A DNA stretch of 63,849 nt, the filler included, from Reclinomonas americana ATCC 50394 (taxonomy: Eukaryota), in assembly GCA_048213135.1 (NCBI GenBank). It is 3 parts of 2 records of this genome, joined end to end, with 100 filler letters (N's around TTAATTAATTAA, not from the genome) between each part and the next. Parts side by side here need not be neighbours in the genome. Positions count along the whole stretch, not along the records: positions 27,858 to 56,789 come from PS015024.1; 2 more parts are not named here. One strand, given 5' to 3'. Both the position numbers and the translations under genes were made by a program. The notes beneath the pieces are model-generated. The model saw only the letters and a list, made by a program, of their open reading frames with translations, made no database searches and had not been told where the DNA came from. Of the stretch, positions 36,566-50,063 are shown one piece after another; the stretch's first letter is position 1; every line of letters begins with the position of its first letter.

Positions 36566-37178
36566 GTGGTTGCAGGTGCGTCGCGGACAAACTGACTCCT
36601 GCGCTTCGCGCTTTAGACTCATCCCACAGACACTCCAAACAGAGACTTCTCTCGGCCGACTCGGTGCTCAGTGGTGCGATCTGCAACCGCGATGGCCTGC
36701 TCCACGCGGCCACTGAGGACATGCAGGTCACTCCTATCACCCACACGCACACATACTCCTGTTCTCTCTCTGCCTCACACACCATGTTGCAGCCTTCCCG
36801 ATCGGAGCTCGTGACGTTGGTGGATTTCTTTGTGAATCCCGACGGCCATGTGGACGACACGTTCACAGTGGCCGGCCTGCTGCTCCAGTCCACTGCCACG
36901 GGGACCGACGTGCTGATGGCCAGGCAGCCACTGACCGACGAGGAGTCGCAGCAGCAGAAGCGACTCGGATTCGTGTGCATCGCCACGAACAAGCTGCTGG
37001 TCATGGTGACGTACAACTTTCGCACGCAGGCGCCGGGTCTCGTGATCGGTGAGCCCTCTCTTCACGTTACAATCCACGTTTCATGTACATTCTTGCTGCT
37101 GTTGCTGTTGTTGCTAAAGCACAACACGCAGACGCACTGCAACAGGTGACCGATGCGCTGCGCCACGAATCTCTCTGA
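36566..37178 (+). CDS. Profilin-family protein (first codons MLRSSAGSWQA at 35281-35250 minus, on the flipped contig)
   Basis: SWQAWLQ/RLLSADSVLSGAICNRDGLLHAA...FTVAG...GFVCIATNKLLVMVTY...PG...LQQVTDALR follows the profilin pattern; TGA 37176-37178. Confidence 0.78.
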
Positions 37179-37185
37179 GCCTCAT

Positions 37186-40100
37186 TCATGAGTGCGTGCT
37201 CGACGACGCCGTGCGATCGCGCGGCAGCATGGCGCGATCCGTGGCCGCAGTATCGGCGCGGCTGCCGTTGCTGCTATCGTGTGGCCTTCGATCGAGAAGC
37301 GCCACCACTCGTCGCAGCTCATCCTGCATTTTTTCACGCGCGTCACAACGACAGTGTGAGTGAGTCGCCCCCCGGCGGTGCACCGACGTACCTGGCTCAC
37401 GTGCATCTCGTCGCGCGCCTGTTGCAGCTGCTCTCGCAGCTTTGCGTTCTCCTGGCGCAGCGCGCCCGTCACCTCCGACGCAAACACTTGCGAATTGCCC
37501 GTCTGTGCCGTGATCTGCACCGGAAGAGAGAGTGAGGAGGGGGGTGTGCACGATCCACTGGGCGGTAGCCACGGGCATGTTGCGCGTACCAGCTGCTCCT
37601 GCAGACGCTCCACTTCGGCCTCCAAGTCGTACAGACGACGTGCCGCGTTGGCGTCACCCTGCGCAACCATTGATAAGTAAAATAACAATAACCGAAGATC
37701 ATCAACACCCTCTTCACGGATGCACACCATGGTGGAGGCCAGCACGTCGTTCCACTTTTCCAGCTCTTCAATGCGTGTTTCTCTGCAAGGCAGACGACTG
37801 TGAGTACCCTGTGAGTCCATCATTCCACCACTGCACACACTCAACTTGCTGGCGACAGCAGCTCGCATCTCGTCACGCTCGCGTGCAAACATCTTCATCT
37901 TGGAGTCGAGAATGTCCTTGAGCGTGGCCCGCTGCTCCTCTAGCTCCCGCAGTTGCAACGAGAACTGGCGATGCTCACTGTGTAGTAGACGATGGTCGGC
38001 ACCAACAGGCACACCACGCCCGTTCCCCCATTTGTGACTGACTGACCTGTCATCCCCGGCGTGAGCGCGCAGCGCATCACGCTCTGTCGTCAGCGTCTGA
38101 ATCAGCTGCTCAGTGATCTCTGCCTCCTGCTCGTAATCGTGGATCTGCTCCTCCAGCCTGCAGAACCAGGCGATGAGATGGAACGTGGTGGCAAGCATGC
38201 GACGCCTAGGCGACGGAAACGAAACGTGCGCACGGTCTCCGCCAAGTGCAAACGCTCAGCCTCCAACCGCGTCCGCGCAGCCATGGCCTCCTCCAACTTG
38301 GAATGCAAGAGCTCCTCACGCGCCGAGCTGGCCACCAGATGCGCCTCCGCTTGGGCTAATCTCTTTTGCAGTGATTCCACACCTCCCGAAGCACTGTTCT
38401 GCAGTTCCACCAGCCGTTCTTGCAGCTCAGCTGCGCAGGCAAGACGTGAGCGTCGCACGCGAGGTGCATGCCGCCTCGCAACGATCACGCACCGTGCTCA
38501 TTCAGCAGCGCTCGATTCTTCTCACACGCGTGGTCATATTGTACCTTTAGCTCCTTCAGTTGATGGTGGGTGGCCTCTGTGTGGAGAAGGTAAACAATGA
38601 GGAACAAAATCCAGACGACACGCTGCGCAGTGATGACACGCAACTGGCTTCACTCTCTAATAGATCGGCTCGCTGGTGCGCCATGAGCAGCTCCTGTGAG
38701 AGCGACGTGGCATCTTGGTCGTGCTTCTCTGCTCGGCCACGAGTGAGTACACGAAATGCGGCGCACAAATGGGACAAGAAGCGGAAACGAACCAAACAGA
38801 TCACGCAGTCGCTTGTTCTCCTCGACAAACTGACGCAGTGTATCGGCTTCAGCACGGGCCTGCTTTGCAACCTTGTCCGACTTTTCTTGCTCGGAGGAAG
38901 CTTGATGGACGCGTCGTTGCATCTCCTGCTGCAGCTCATCGCACATTTGTTGCAGGCTTTTGATCGCCAGCCGGTGAGCAAGATAGGAGCACCGCTCATT
39001 TTGATTCTCATCAGGCACAACGCACCGAATTACTTCAGCCTGGTACGTAGTGTTGGCACTGCTCCACTCGTCCATCTGACGCTCAAGTTTCGCCACATAG
39101 GTATTCATGTTGGTCTGGGTGTGCCGAGTGCGCTCCGCCTACAGCGACGAGTCAGTGAGCGTGAATGTCACAAGAGGAAAAGCAACCCCGCATGAAAGTG
39201 TTACAAACCAAGGTCGAGTACTCGCTGATGAGTGACGTGGCCTGCACACCACACTCGCACACCTCCTCAATCAACAATTCCGCCACCGGCAACAGTTCGC
39301 CAGCACCTGCCACGATATGTGTTATGATTGCAAGAGCAAGTGTGGCGTTGTAGTGCTTGTCGACGCAACTCATGCGCGAGAGCGGCTGCTGCAAATCGAC
39401 GCGACTCGTAATGTGCGCCGGTGGTCGACTCAGTCCCTCTGGCCGACTGCTGGTCAGCGTCTCGGCAAACTGGCGATGCATGCGCTGGAGTCGCGGAATA
39501 CTCTGTGTGGTCAAACCCGTCGTCGTCAGCCAGCCACCCGTGATGAACAAGAGAGAGCGAGTGCCACCACCCCTCACAGACCATGTGCAGCATGCGCTCC
39601 AACTGCTCCTTGGTGGCCTCGAGCAGGTGTGAACCCTGCAGAATGGTCGCATTCGCGCGTTCCACTTGCCGCAATTGCTCAGCAGTGATGTTGACTTGCG
39701 CACGCAATTCGTCGGCCTCGGAGCGAGCGGCAGGCGGCGAGCTGAGTACAACGTGATGCTCGCCGCCTCCACTGCCACCACCACTGCTGGAAGAGCCGCC
39801 ACTTCGTTTGCTGCTGCAGTGCGACGCGTGTCAGCTCCAGACATTACCAGGCGATACAGCACAGGGACGCACCTTGTAACCAGGTGGCGCAGATCTTCAA
39901 TGGATTCCGCCAGCAGCGGGAACTCGCGCACCAGCAGTTCGTCAGTGACACCCATGGGTGCGACGGGCTGTGCGCAGACAAAAACAAATCAAACATAAGA
40001 TAACTGGCAAATGAAGGAATGCAGTGATGTTTGCGAACCGATGGAAGCGACGCCGAGTGCGACGTGGTGGCCAGTGCCTGCGATATTACGCTTGTGAATC

Positions 40101-43100
40101 GAACAGCTGCAAGCTGAATAGATATCACATACAAACCTTCACATGCACAAGTTTCTGAATCACAAAGCGAATAATGGCCTCCAGCTTCTCGGCCTGCGAG
40201 CAGCACGCCCGTCAGCAACAAAAAGCGAGATGATTTCATACACAGCAAAACTTGCACATGCCTTTCGTGTGAACTTGGTGCGTTCCGCAGCCATGAAGCC
40301 ATTCTCCGTCATGAGTGCCTGTCGTTGCGCCGTCGCCGCCTCCAAGGCCTGCTCCAGGATGCGCACCTCCTCCGTCGACTCGTTCAACTTGGTGGTGCAC
40401 CTGGTGAGCGCCGCCTTGGCATCCTCTGCAGCAGGTTGTGAGCAAACAGAGTCACCACGCACATGTATACATGTGAGGCGCAGTACGCACCACACTCTCC
40501 CTTCACGTGAGCGAGTTTCTCCTCGGCGTGGCGCAGCTTGAGGGAGACATCCTCGAAGGGCTTGGAGAAGCGCTCAGATGCCTCCTGAATGAGACGCTGG
40601 ATGCGCTCATTGCTCTCTCGCTGCACGTTGACCAGACGCTCTTCGTACTCCGACACCACTTTGGTCTCGCGTTGTGCCACTTCGCGCTCCACACGCTCGC
40701 TCTGCGACTGCACCTCGGCCGTCGCCTTGTCGAGTCGGTGCAGCAGATTGGCGCGGGACTCATTCAGGGTAGTGCACCGCAGCTCGGTCTCCTCCAGCTG
40801 CTGGAGAATCTCTTCCGCCTGTCGCAGAGTCTCACTGGCAGCCTCGGGTAGTGACTGTGTGTCGCGATAAGAATCAACACCAACGTGTGAATGCGCAACT
40901 ACGGCGACACGAACCATCTCCGATGGCGGTCGGCTGTACGTCTCGGCCACGTCACCGGACTCCAGTGGCGAGCGTCGAAGAGCTTTGCGCCGTCGTGTGT
41001 CGAGTCGCACCAAAAAGCGCTCCATACTCTTGCGTGCACTGCGAAAAGTACGTGCGTGAGTACTTTAGCGACGAACAGAGGGAGATGTCTGGCGACGCAC
41101 CTTTCTGTGTCTGCACTCAACACCTCCACTTGCGACTTCAAGCCACCGACACCTGAGTGGATAAACGAATGAGAAATACGCGGCGAGCAGACAACAGAGA
41201 ACGACAGTATCTTTCGCACCAGTGGTGACGGCAAATTTCTCATGCTTCAGTTCCTCGACGGTCAGCGCCAGCGACGCGAGCTGTCGCTCCTGTTGCACTA
41301 GCTGCTCGCGTGCTTCACGCAGTTCCTTGTTGAGCTCCTCGTTCTCCAGTGACTTGGCCTCGCGCACGGTGACGAGCTTGGCAATCCGATCCTTGCAGCG
41401 CGCCACCTCCTCGTTGAGGAAGACGACACGCTCTTCCATTGCAGCCTTTTCACTGTGTGGAGGAGAAAGGGGGTGTGAGGTGCGTCAGCATGCTGGTGAT
41501 GCTCGACTGGCCACGCAACACAGCGAGTGCCTGCATGGCGGTGTCCTTGNNNNNNNNNNNNNNNNNNNNGATTTGGAGGCGTTGCGTCTCTGTCCTCCTG
41601 GCGCGCTCCGTGGTGCGTTCGTCTCACTCTGGTGAGTGCAGGTTGGTGAAGCAAAGTGAGGACGCGCGACACGAGACAGAGCGAGTGCATGCTGCGCTCG
41701 TCGACGAGCAAACGCAGCGATCGCACAACGTGTCGGAGGATCAGACCGCCTTGCGTGAGCAGCTGTCGGATGCCAACCGGCGACTCAAGGTAACGACTGC
41801 ACGAGTGCTCCACCTCATAGGTGCACACATTTCGCTGATTTCATGTCTCGGCACGCGGTAGGAAATGGAGATCTCGCACAACTCGGTGGCGCAGCAGTTG
41901 GAGAGTGTTCGCGCGGAACGATCACACCTCGTGCAGCTGGTGGACTCGCTGAACAACGAGATCGGTACTCTCACTGGCCGGGTGGAGGCCCTTCGATCGC
42001 AGAACATCCATCGCGAGGCACAGCTCGTGGACGAACGCAATGTTGCGTCGTCCTGTGTCTCTGTTGCGTGCGCGAGTGAGAAGTGTGCTCACGTCTTTCG
42101 TCGCACAGCGCCTGAGTGACAAGGTCACATTATTCGAGCACGACCGATCACAGCAGCTGGCTGTNNNNNNNNNNNNNNNNNNNNNNNNNNNNNNNNNNNN
42201 NNNNNNNNNNNNNNNNNNNNNNNNNNNNNNNNNNNNNNNNNNNNNNNNNNNNNNNNNNNNNNNNNNNNNNNNNNNNNNNNNNNNNNNNNNNNNNNNNNNN
42301 NNNNNNNNNNNNNNNNNNNNNNNNNNNNNNNNNNNNNNNNNNNNNNNNNNNNNNNNNNNNNNNNNNNNNNNNNNNNNNNNNNNNNNNNNNNNNNNNNNNN
42401 NNNNNNNNNNNNNNNNNNNNNNNNNNNNNNNNNNNNNNNNNNNNNNNNNNNNNNNNNNNNNNNNNNNNNNNNNNNNNNNNNNNNNNNNNNNNNNNNNNNN
42501 NNNNNNNNNNNNNNNNNNNNNNNNNNNNNNNNNNNNNNNNNNNNNNNNNNNNNNNNNNNNNNNNNNNNNNNNNNNNNNNNNNNNNNNNNNNNNNNNNNNN
42601 NNNNNNNNNNNNNNNNNNNNNNNNNNNNNNNNNNNNNNNNNNNNNNNNNNNNNNNNNNNNNNNNNNNNNNNNNNNNNNNNNNNNNNNNNNNTTGCACACG
42701 GCGGCCGAGCAAATCACGTTCATCCGACAGCTCGCGGATCCTCCGCTGCGCCGCGTCCGACTCGTTGACGATGCGCACCTCCAACTTGTTCTTGTCATTG
42801 GTGACAGCCGTCAGCAGCTGCAACGCGGGAGTGAGTGAGTGAGGCCACACAGACGAGACGAGCGAGTTGTTGCGCGACACCCACCGCCTTTTGCACTTCC
42901 AAATCACTGGCCAGTTTCGTCTTCTCGACGTGCAGCGCACGGCCCTCGCTGACGCACTGCTCGAGCGACGATTGCACCTTCTCCAGCTGCTGCTGCAACA
43001 CTCCCTTCTCGGTCTCCAGCAATTTCACCTGTCGTCGCAGTCGATTGTCGTGTTCCTACGATGCGCCACTATGCTTGAGTGCCAGACCAGTGCAGGGCGC

Positions 43101-44451
43101 GGCAAAGGCGCTCTCACCTTGACTGCGTCGAGTTCCTGTCGCAACTGCGACTTTTCGTGCGTCTTGCTGTCCTGGTCACTCGACAGGAGCTCGAACTGCA
43201 GGCGATATCGCTCCAGATCTGCATGGAGTAAATCAATCAGCAGAGTTTGTCGAGCACAGGCGACTTCTTTTTTCACAACGCACCGAGAGACATGGAGTCC
43301 CGCAGCGATCGCTCGCGGCTCAGCTCCAACGACAACTCCTTCACGCGTGTCGACAATTCCTCGCAGTCGAGTCGCGAGCTGCCAGCAAATGGCACGTCAG
43401 AAGATGCACACACGCACGCATGTGTGCTCGGCAAGAGGCGCGCAACTGTTCATGCTTGTGCAGCAAATCATGGAGACGCCGCTGCAGTTTTTCTCGGCTG
43501 TTCAGCACCGCATGCAGCGTCTTGCGAATGTCGTGTTGCGAGGACTGTGCACACGACGACAGCGTCAGTGCGTGTACGCGAACGAGAACGAGGATTACTC
43601 TCGTGTTGCACACGAACATCGTCCTTGTGGAGGCCGGCGGCCGCCATGAGCGCCGCCACTGCGTTGCTGCCCGGTGACCCGTCCGGCGTCACCGAGCGAC
43701 TGCTGAACGCACTGCCGGCCAGCGACGACGCCGCCGTAAAGGTACCGGCAGTCACCGCCGAGTTCACCTCCTCCAGTCGCGCTCGAATGCTCGTCAGCTC
43801 CTGCTCCATGTCGGCATTGTGCTGCTGAAACAAGAGGTTCTGCTCGCTCAAATCCGCCACTTGTCGCTCCTTGTCCGCGCACGCCTCGATGAATCGCACA
43901 AACGAGTACCACGTCGACAGCGACGATGCACTCAGTCGTTCCTGCGCGAGTGCGTGGGGATGTTGAGAGTCATCCCCAGTGATCTTTGAGTGACAGAGTG
44001 AGACAGACCTTGATTTCAGAGGGCAGATCGGCCGAGAGTGCATGTGGATAGGCGCCCTGTGTGACCGCCTGCTCACTGACACTCCCAATGGCATCGATCA
44101 GGGCTTGCAGTGGCTGAGTACACACAGAGAGGGTGAGCGAGCGCGCGAGTGTGAGCGAGCACACTGGTGAGCGGGCCCACCTGCAAGTGCTGCTCAATGT
44201 CGGTCTTGTGTCGCGCCTCAGCGAGCTCCAACTGTGTCTGGAGCATGCGCGTCGACTTTTCAAACTCCAGGTTGTCACTGTGTGTGCGTGTGCGTGTGTA
44301 AGTGGAGAGAGGACGAGAGAGGCGGGATCTTGTATCTCTCTCACACACGCGCGCGTTCTCTTTTGTCTCTTTTGTGACACACTCACTGTTCAAGTGCGCT
44401 GATCAGGCGATCCTTTTCTGCCAGCACTCGTTGAACATCGCTGGTCTCCAT
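37186..44451 (-). CDS. Very large multi-exon coiled-coil protein (exons at 41570-42164 on a flipped contig; may be more than one gene)
   Basis: Starts METSDVQRVLAEKDRLISALE; many heptad-rich E/Q/L/R exons; flipped contig joins in frame at both ends (GRRVQ-DLEAL; QQLAV-KDTAM). Confidence 0.7.
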
Positions 44452-44539
44452 CGTAACGATGGACGATCGACCTTGTAAGAGGACGGGACATTTTTAATGC
44501 CCTTTTCTTCTCTGCCTCCTCCCACTCTTCTCCCACTCT

Positions 44540-46521
44540 CTATTCAGTGATCCAGGACGGCTTGGTGCAGCGCGCTGGCGTGGTCATGGTGGCCTCGTAC
44601 ACGCAGCGACTCGGCTCCTCGAACGTCAAAATCTTGTTCTCGTTGCCGCACGTGAAGTTGAGCTGTGTGTCACAGGAACAGTATGAGCGATATTCTGGAG
44701 GAGTGGGTGGGAGTGGGCATGTGCTGTGGCAATGCTAACCTTGAGAGAGCGTGGCGGTCCTTGCCAGCACTGCTCGCCAAACTCAAAAACGCCGTACTCG
44801 AGATCCATGTTGCCCCAGCGCATCCAGCGGCTGCATGGGCGAGTGAGTTTTTGCGTGCAGCGAGCGAGTCAGCATGAACGGAGCATACACACCCGAGCCG
44901 CGTGGTGGAGCCGGAGCCCTTGGAGATTTGCTTGGCTTCCGCGAACGGGCACACCTCGTACGTGTACCTGATTGACTGGTTGTCAGCATCGACGTGATGG
45001 GATGGGGTATAGGACGGGGTAACAACGCAACTCGCGAGTGTCGTACTTGAAGCACTTCTCCCACAGGCCAAAGTACTCGAAGCTCTCGCCCATCGGCTTG
45101 CTCATGAACTCGCCGACCTCGTTCATCTTCTGCGTCCAGCCAAACACCTTTTCGCCCAACTTGTCCTTTTCCTCCTTCAGCTTCTCCAGCTCTGCACAAA
45201 ATGACAAAGTGTCAGACCAAGTCGCGAGAATGGGATAATGATTCTCTCTCTCCCATTTGCGCTACTGCTATGCAATCCGATAATTCACACTCGTGCACCT
45301 GACCGCCCCCACACCCTGTCCCAGAGACGACGCACGGAGCCCACAACAAGAGTGTCGTACCCGAGGGCGCGATCAACACGCTCGCGCAACGACGACACTC
45401 GCCCTCCTTCCTCCACCACTTTTTGCTTCTGCTCCTCTTCGGGGGCAGCAGTGGAAGGAGCAGGAGGCGAAGAGGGCGGAGGAGTGGAAGGAGCAGGAGG
45501 CGAAGAGGGCGGAGGAGTAGGAGTCACTCGCCCTCCTTCCTCCACCACTTCTTGCTTCTCCTCCTCTTCGGGAGCAGCAATGGAAGGAGCATGAGGTGAA
45601 GAGGGCGGAGGAGTAGAAGTCACTCGTCCTCCTTCCTCCACCACTTCTTGCTTCTCCTCATCTTCGGGGGCAATGGAAGGAGCAGAAGGCGAAGGTGGAG
45701 GAGCAGGAGTTGAATCTTTTCTTCTCCTCCTCTCCCTCTTGCTCCCACTCCTCCTCCGCCTCCTCATCGTGCCCTTTGTACGTGCTCTCGTATCCCCATC
45801 ACTCCTCTTCACCGACGCCATTTCGGCATCGGTGCTCGTCTTGCCGTGCGCAGGTGCTTGCAAGCGCGTGCATCAACAGGCGGTGCGAAGAGAAAGAGGA
45901 AAGAGGGAGAGAGAGAGAAAAGAGGCCCGAGTCGGCAACACGACAATACAAACACAAGCACCACCACCCAACAAGACTCACCACCCTCCAGTTCCTCGCG
46001 ACGCTCCATGACACCCCTGTTTCGTACAAGAGAGACGGCACGTTCAGAGAGCTGTTCACAATAAAACGAAACAATAACAGGAATGGCCAACGCAACTCAT
46101 CGTCCACGTCGGTCGGCAGATCGTCCAGCTCCTCCTCGTACTCGGCAATGAGCTCTGCAGCCAGCAACAACACGCGGAGTTACAACTGGAAACAGTAGAA
46201 CAAAGACGCGACTCTGTGGCGCAACTCTCGACCTCGCCCTTGCGCGTCTCGGCCGCCTGCTGCTCGGTGCGGAACCGCTGCTGCCACTCGACCTTTTCGG
46301 CATAGTACGCCGCGCCCTCCTTCATGTACTTGACCTTGATGCGCCAGCCCTGCAGGCAGATCGTGCACTCAGTCACCGGAGAGGGAAAGAGAGAGGGAGA
46401 GAGAGAGAGAGAAAGAGCGATAGAGGGGGAGAGAGAGAGAACGGCGGAGGAAGAGAATGAGAGAGAGAAAGGAGCGATTGAGAGAGAGAATGAGAGCGAT
46501 TGAAGCAAGAAAGAGACAGAC

Positions 46522-46574
<53 letters not shown>

Positions 46575-47598
46575 ATAGAGGAGAGCGACACACACACAGA
46601 CAGAGAGAAGGAGAACGATGGAGAAAGAGGTCAGAGCGATAGAGGGAGGGAGAACGATTGCAGCGCAACAAGAGGAAAACAATAGAGAGAGANNNNNNNN
46701 NNNNNNNNNNNNNNNNNNNNNNNNNNNNNNNNNNNNNNNNNNNNNNNNNNNNNNNNNNNNNNNNNNNNNNNNNNNNNNNNNNNNNNNNNNNNNNNNNNNN
46801 NNNNNNNNNNNNNNNNNNNNNNNNNNNNNNNNNNNNNNNNNNNNNNNNNNNNNNNNNNNNNNNNNNNNNNNNNNNNNNNNNNNNNNNNNNNNNNNNNNNN
46901 NNNNNNNNNNNNNNNNNNNNNNNNNNNNNNNNNNNNNNNNNNNNNNNNNNNNNNNNNNNNNNNNNNNNNNNNNNNNNNNNNNNNNNNNNNNNNNNNNNNN
47001 NNNNNNNNNNNNNNNNNNNNNNNNNNNNNNNNNNNNNNNNNNNNNNNNNNNNNNNNNNNNNNNNNNNNNNNNNNNNNNNNNNNNNNNNNNNNNNNNNNNN
47101 NNNNNNNNNNNNNNNNNNNNNNNNNNNNNNNNNNNNNNNNNNNNNNNNNNNNNNNNNNNNNNNNNNNNNNNNNNNNNNNNNNNNNNNNNNNNNNNNNNNN
47201 NNNNNNNNNNNNNNNNNNNNNNNNNNNNNNNNNNNNNNNNNNNNNNNNNNNNNNNNNNNNNNNNNNNNNNNNNNNNNNNNNNNNNNNNNNNNNNNNNNNN
47301 NNNNNNNNNNNNNNNNNNNNNNNNNNNNNNNNNNNNNNNNNNNNNNNNNNNNNNNNNNNNNNNNNNNNNNNNNNNNNNNNNNNNNNNNNNNNNNNNNNNN
47401 NNNNNNNNNNNNNNNNNNNNNNNNNNNNNNNNNNNNNNNNNNNNNNNNNNNNNNNNNNNNNNNNNNNNNNNNNNNNNNNNNNNNNNNNNNNNNNNNNNNN
47501 NNNNNNNNNNNNNNNNNNNNNNNNNNNNNNNNNNNNNNNNNNNNNNNNNNNNNNNNNNNNNNNNNNNNNNNNNNNNNNNNNNNNNNNNNNNNNNNNNN

Positions 47599-47629
<31 letters not shown>

Positions 47630-47697
47630 TCTCTCTCTCTCTTTCTCTCTCTCTCACACACACACTCACTCACTCACTCACTGCACACACACACACA

Positions 47698-47733
<36 letters not shown>

Positions 47734-48140
47734 GTGACATGCATGCACGTAAGAATGATGACGCAACTCATCATTGACTGCCCATCCGGGGATTGTCGCC
47801 TTGGCATCCAGACACACAAACATCTCCGAGGCATCAGCGTACTCTTCGCGCTCTGCACATGAGAGAGAGAGAGTGAGAAGAACGAACTTGCACACAACAT
47901 GTCACACGCAGACTCTCTCTCTTGTGCAGCAGAGCACGAGGGAGGATGCATGCACGACACACACTCTCTCTATGTGCTCTCTTTCTCTGTGTGTTGTGTG
48001 TGCGCGCAACGTTCGGGGGGAACGCCACGTGTCCGTCGTGCCACGTCCTCATCCTTCTTCTTTGCAGCGGCCACGGTGACCACCAGCAGTGCCAGCAGCA
48101 GCACTGCCATAAGAAGAGTCACGTGCACTGTGCGCGTCAT
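44540..48140 (-). CDS. Glucosidase II beta subunit-like (PRKCSH family, MRH domain)
   Basis: Signal peptide, RGVPP, FVCLD...VND, acidic/Pro repeat exon, CFKYDTREYTYEVCPF...Q, RLG.W, GEQCWQGPPRS, EPSRCVY...TPARC; middle exons in a gap. Confidence 0.85.
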
Positions 48141-48269
48141 GGTGGCAGTGAGGAAAGAAACGACGAGGATGAAAGAGAGAGCCGCGCAGGACAGTTCTTC
48201 GGAAGGCGACTTCATGCAGCTGTCGTGGTGGCAAGCACAAGCAGGTGCGTGAAGGCAGCTGCTAAGTGT

Positions 48270-48660
48270 TCCCACCTGCACCTCTGCAAGCGATCTGCAT
48301 CGAAGAGCGGATTTATCATGCCAGTTACGCCCGTTTCCTCGCCAACTTCATATTCCGATGTTCCCACCTGCCTTTACGCTCACTTTTTCTGCCGCTTGAC
48401 CATCTGCACTTCTGCAAGCGATCTGCATCGAGCAGTGAATGATTCACGCACTTGCCAAGCATGAATTCGAAGATCGATCCCGTTTTCTTCATTTCCCGAT
48501 ATGCTCACTTCTTCTGCCGCTTGACCATCTGCATCTTTGCAAGCAATCTGCATCGAGCATTGTATCTGATGCACTTACATGCATGAACATCGATCGAGAG
48601 TTCGCCCGTTCCTTCATTTTCCGATATGCTGCCCTTCACGCTCACTTCTTCTGCCGCTTG
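48270..48660. repeat. About 3 tandem 125-137 bp degenerate duplications spanning the ANP32 stop codon
   Basis: GCTCACTTYTTCTGCCGCTTG at 48378, 48503 and 48640. Confidence 0.85.
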
Positions 48661-49503
48661 GTCTCCGGCGCCCCTTCCTCCTCCTCATCGCCCGATCGCT
48701 TACGCGATGCACTGCCCTCCTCGCCACCCTCTGCCTCCTCGCCCTCGCTATCATCATCATCATCAGCAGCTGCATCGCCATACTCCTCATCGTCCTCATC
48801 ATCNNNNNNNNNNNNNNNNNNNNNNNNNNNNNNNNNNNNNNNNNNNNNNNNNNNNNNNNNNNNNNNNNNNNNNNNNNNNNNNNNNNNNNNNNNNNNNNNN
48901 NNNNNNNNNNNNNNNNNNNNNNNNNNNNNNNNNNNNNNNNNNNNNNNNNNNNNNNNNNNNNNNNNNNNNNNNNNNNNNNNNNNNNNNNNNNNNNNNNNNN
49001 NNNNNNNNNNNNNNNNNNNNNNNNNNNNNNNNNNNNNNNNNNNNNNNNNNNNNNNNNNNNNNNNNNNNNNNNNNNNNNNNNNNNNNNNNNNNNNNNNNNN
49101 NNNNNNNNNNNNNNNNNNNNNNNNNNNNNNNNNNNNNNNNNNNNNNNNNNNNNNNNNNNNNNNNNNNNNNNNNNNNNNNNNNNNNNNNNNNNNNNNNNNN
49201 NNNNNNNNNNNNNNNNNNNNNNNNNNNNNNNNNNNNNNNNNNNNNNNNNNNNNNNNNNNNNNNNNNNNNNNNNNNNNNNNNNNNNNNNNNNNNNNNNNNN
49301 NNNNNNNNNNNNNNNNNNNNNNNNNNNNNNNNNNNNNNNNNNNNNNNNNNNNNNNNNNNNNNNNNNNNNNNNNNNNNNNNNNNNNNNNNNNNNNNNNNNN
49401 NNNNNNNNNNNNNNNNNNNNNNNNNNNNNNNNNNNNNNNNNNNNNNNNNNNNNNNNNNNNNNNNNNNNNNNNNNNNNNNNNNNNNNNNNNNNNNNNNNNN
49501 NNN

Positions 49504-49599
<96 letters not shown>

Positions 49600-49873
49600 A
49601 ACTCGAACGAGTTCCGGAAGCGATGGGAAGCCCTCGAGTGACTTGAGTTTGCACACGTTCAACTCGAGCACTTGCAGCTTGTTGGCCAGCTCCTCGCCCA
49701 AGTCAGCCACCGCAGGCACGCGTGGCAACTGAGTGCAAGAGTGAGTGAGAGACAGTGAGCGTGTGTGTGTGTGAGAGAGTGTGCACCTTCTTGTCGAGGA
49801 TGCACAAGGCGGTGCCGGTGTCGTCGGAGTACATGGCGAGTGCCTCGCGAACAACATCGCTCAAGTCGCCCAT
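48642..49873 (-). CDS. ANP32: ANP32-family acidic leucine-rich nuclear phosphoprotein
   Basis: LQVLELNVCKLKSLEGFPSLPEL LRR, D/E-rich tail, terminal NLS ETKRQKK*; centre lies in a gap. Confidence 0.82.
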
Positions 49874-49981
49874 GGTGAGTGTGGTGTGTGAGGGAAGGGA
49901 AAGGGGGGGACAGTGTGCGCCATGTGCGTGACTCACTCTTTCACTCACACGCACGCACGCACACACGAGGAAGAGCGCAGC

Positions 49982-50031
49982 ATGGACGGCCCTCAGTTGA
50001 CAGCGGTATGTGTGTGTGTGTGTGACTCTTG

Positions 50032-50063
<32 letters not shown>

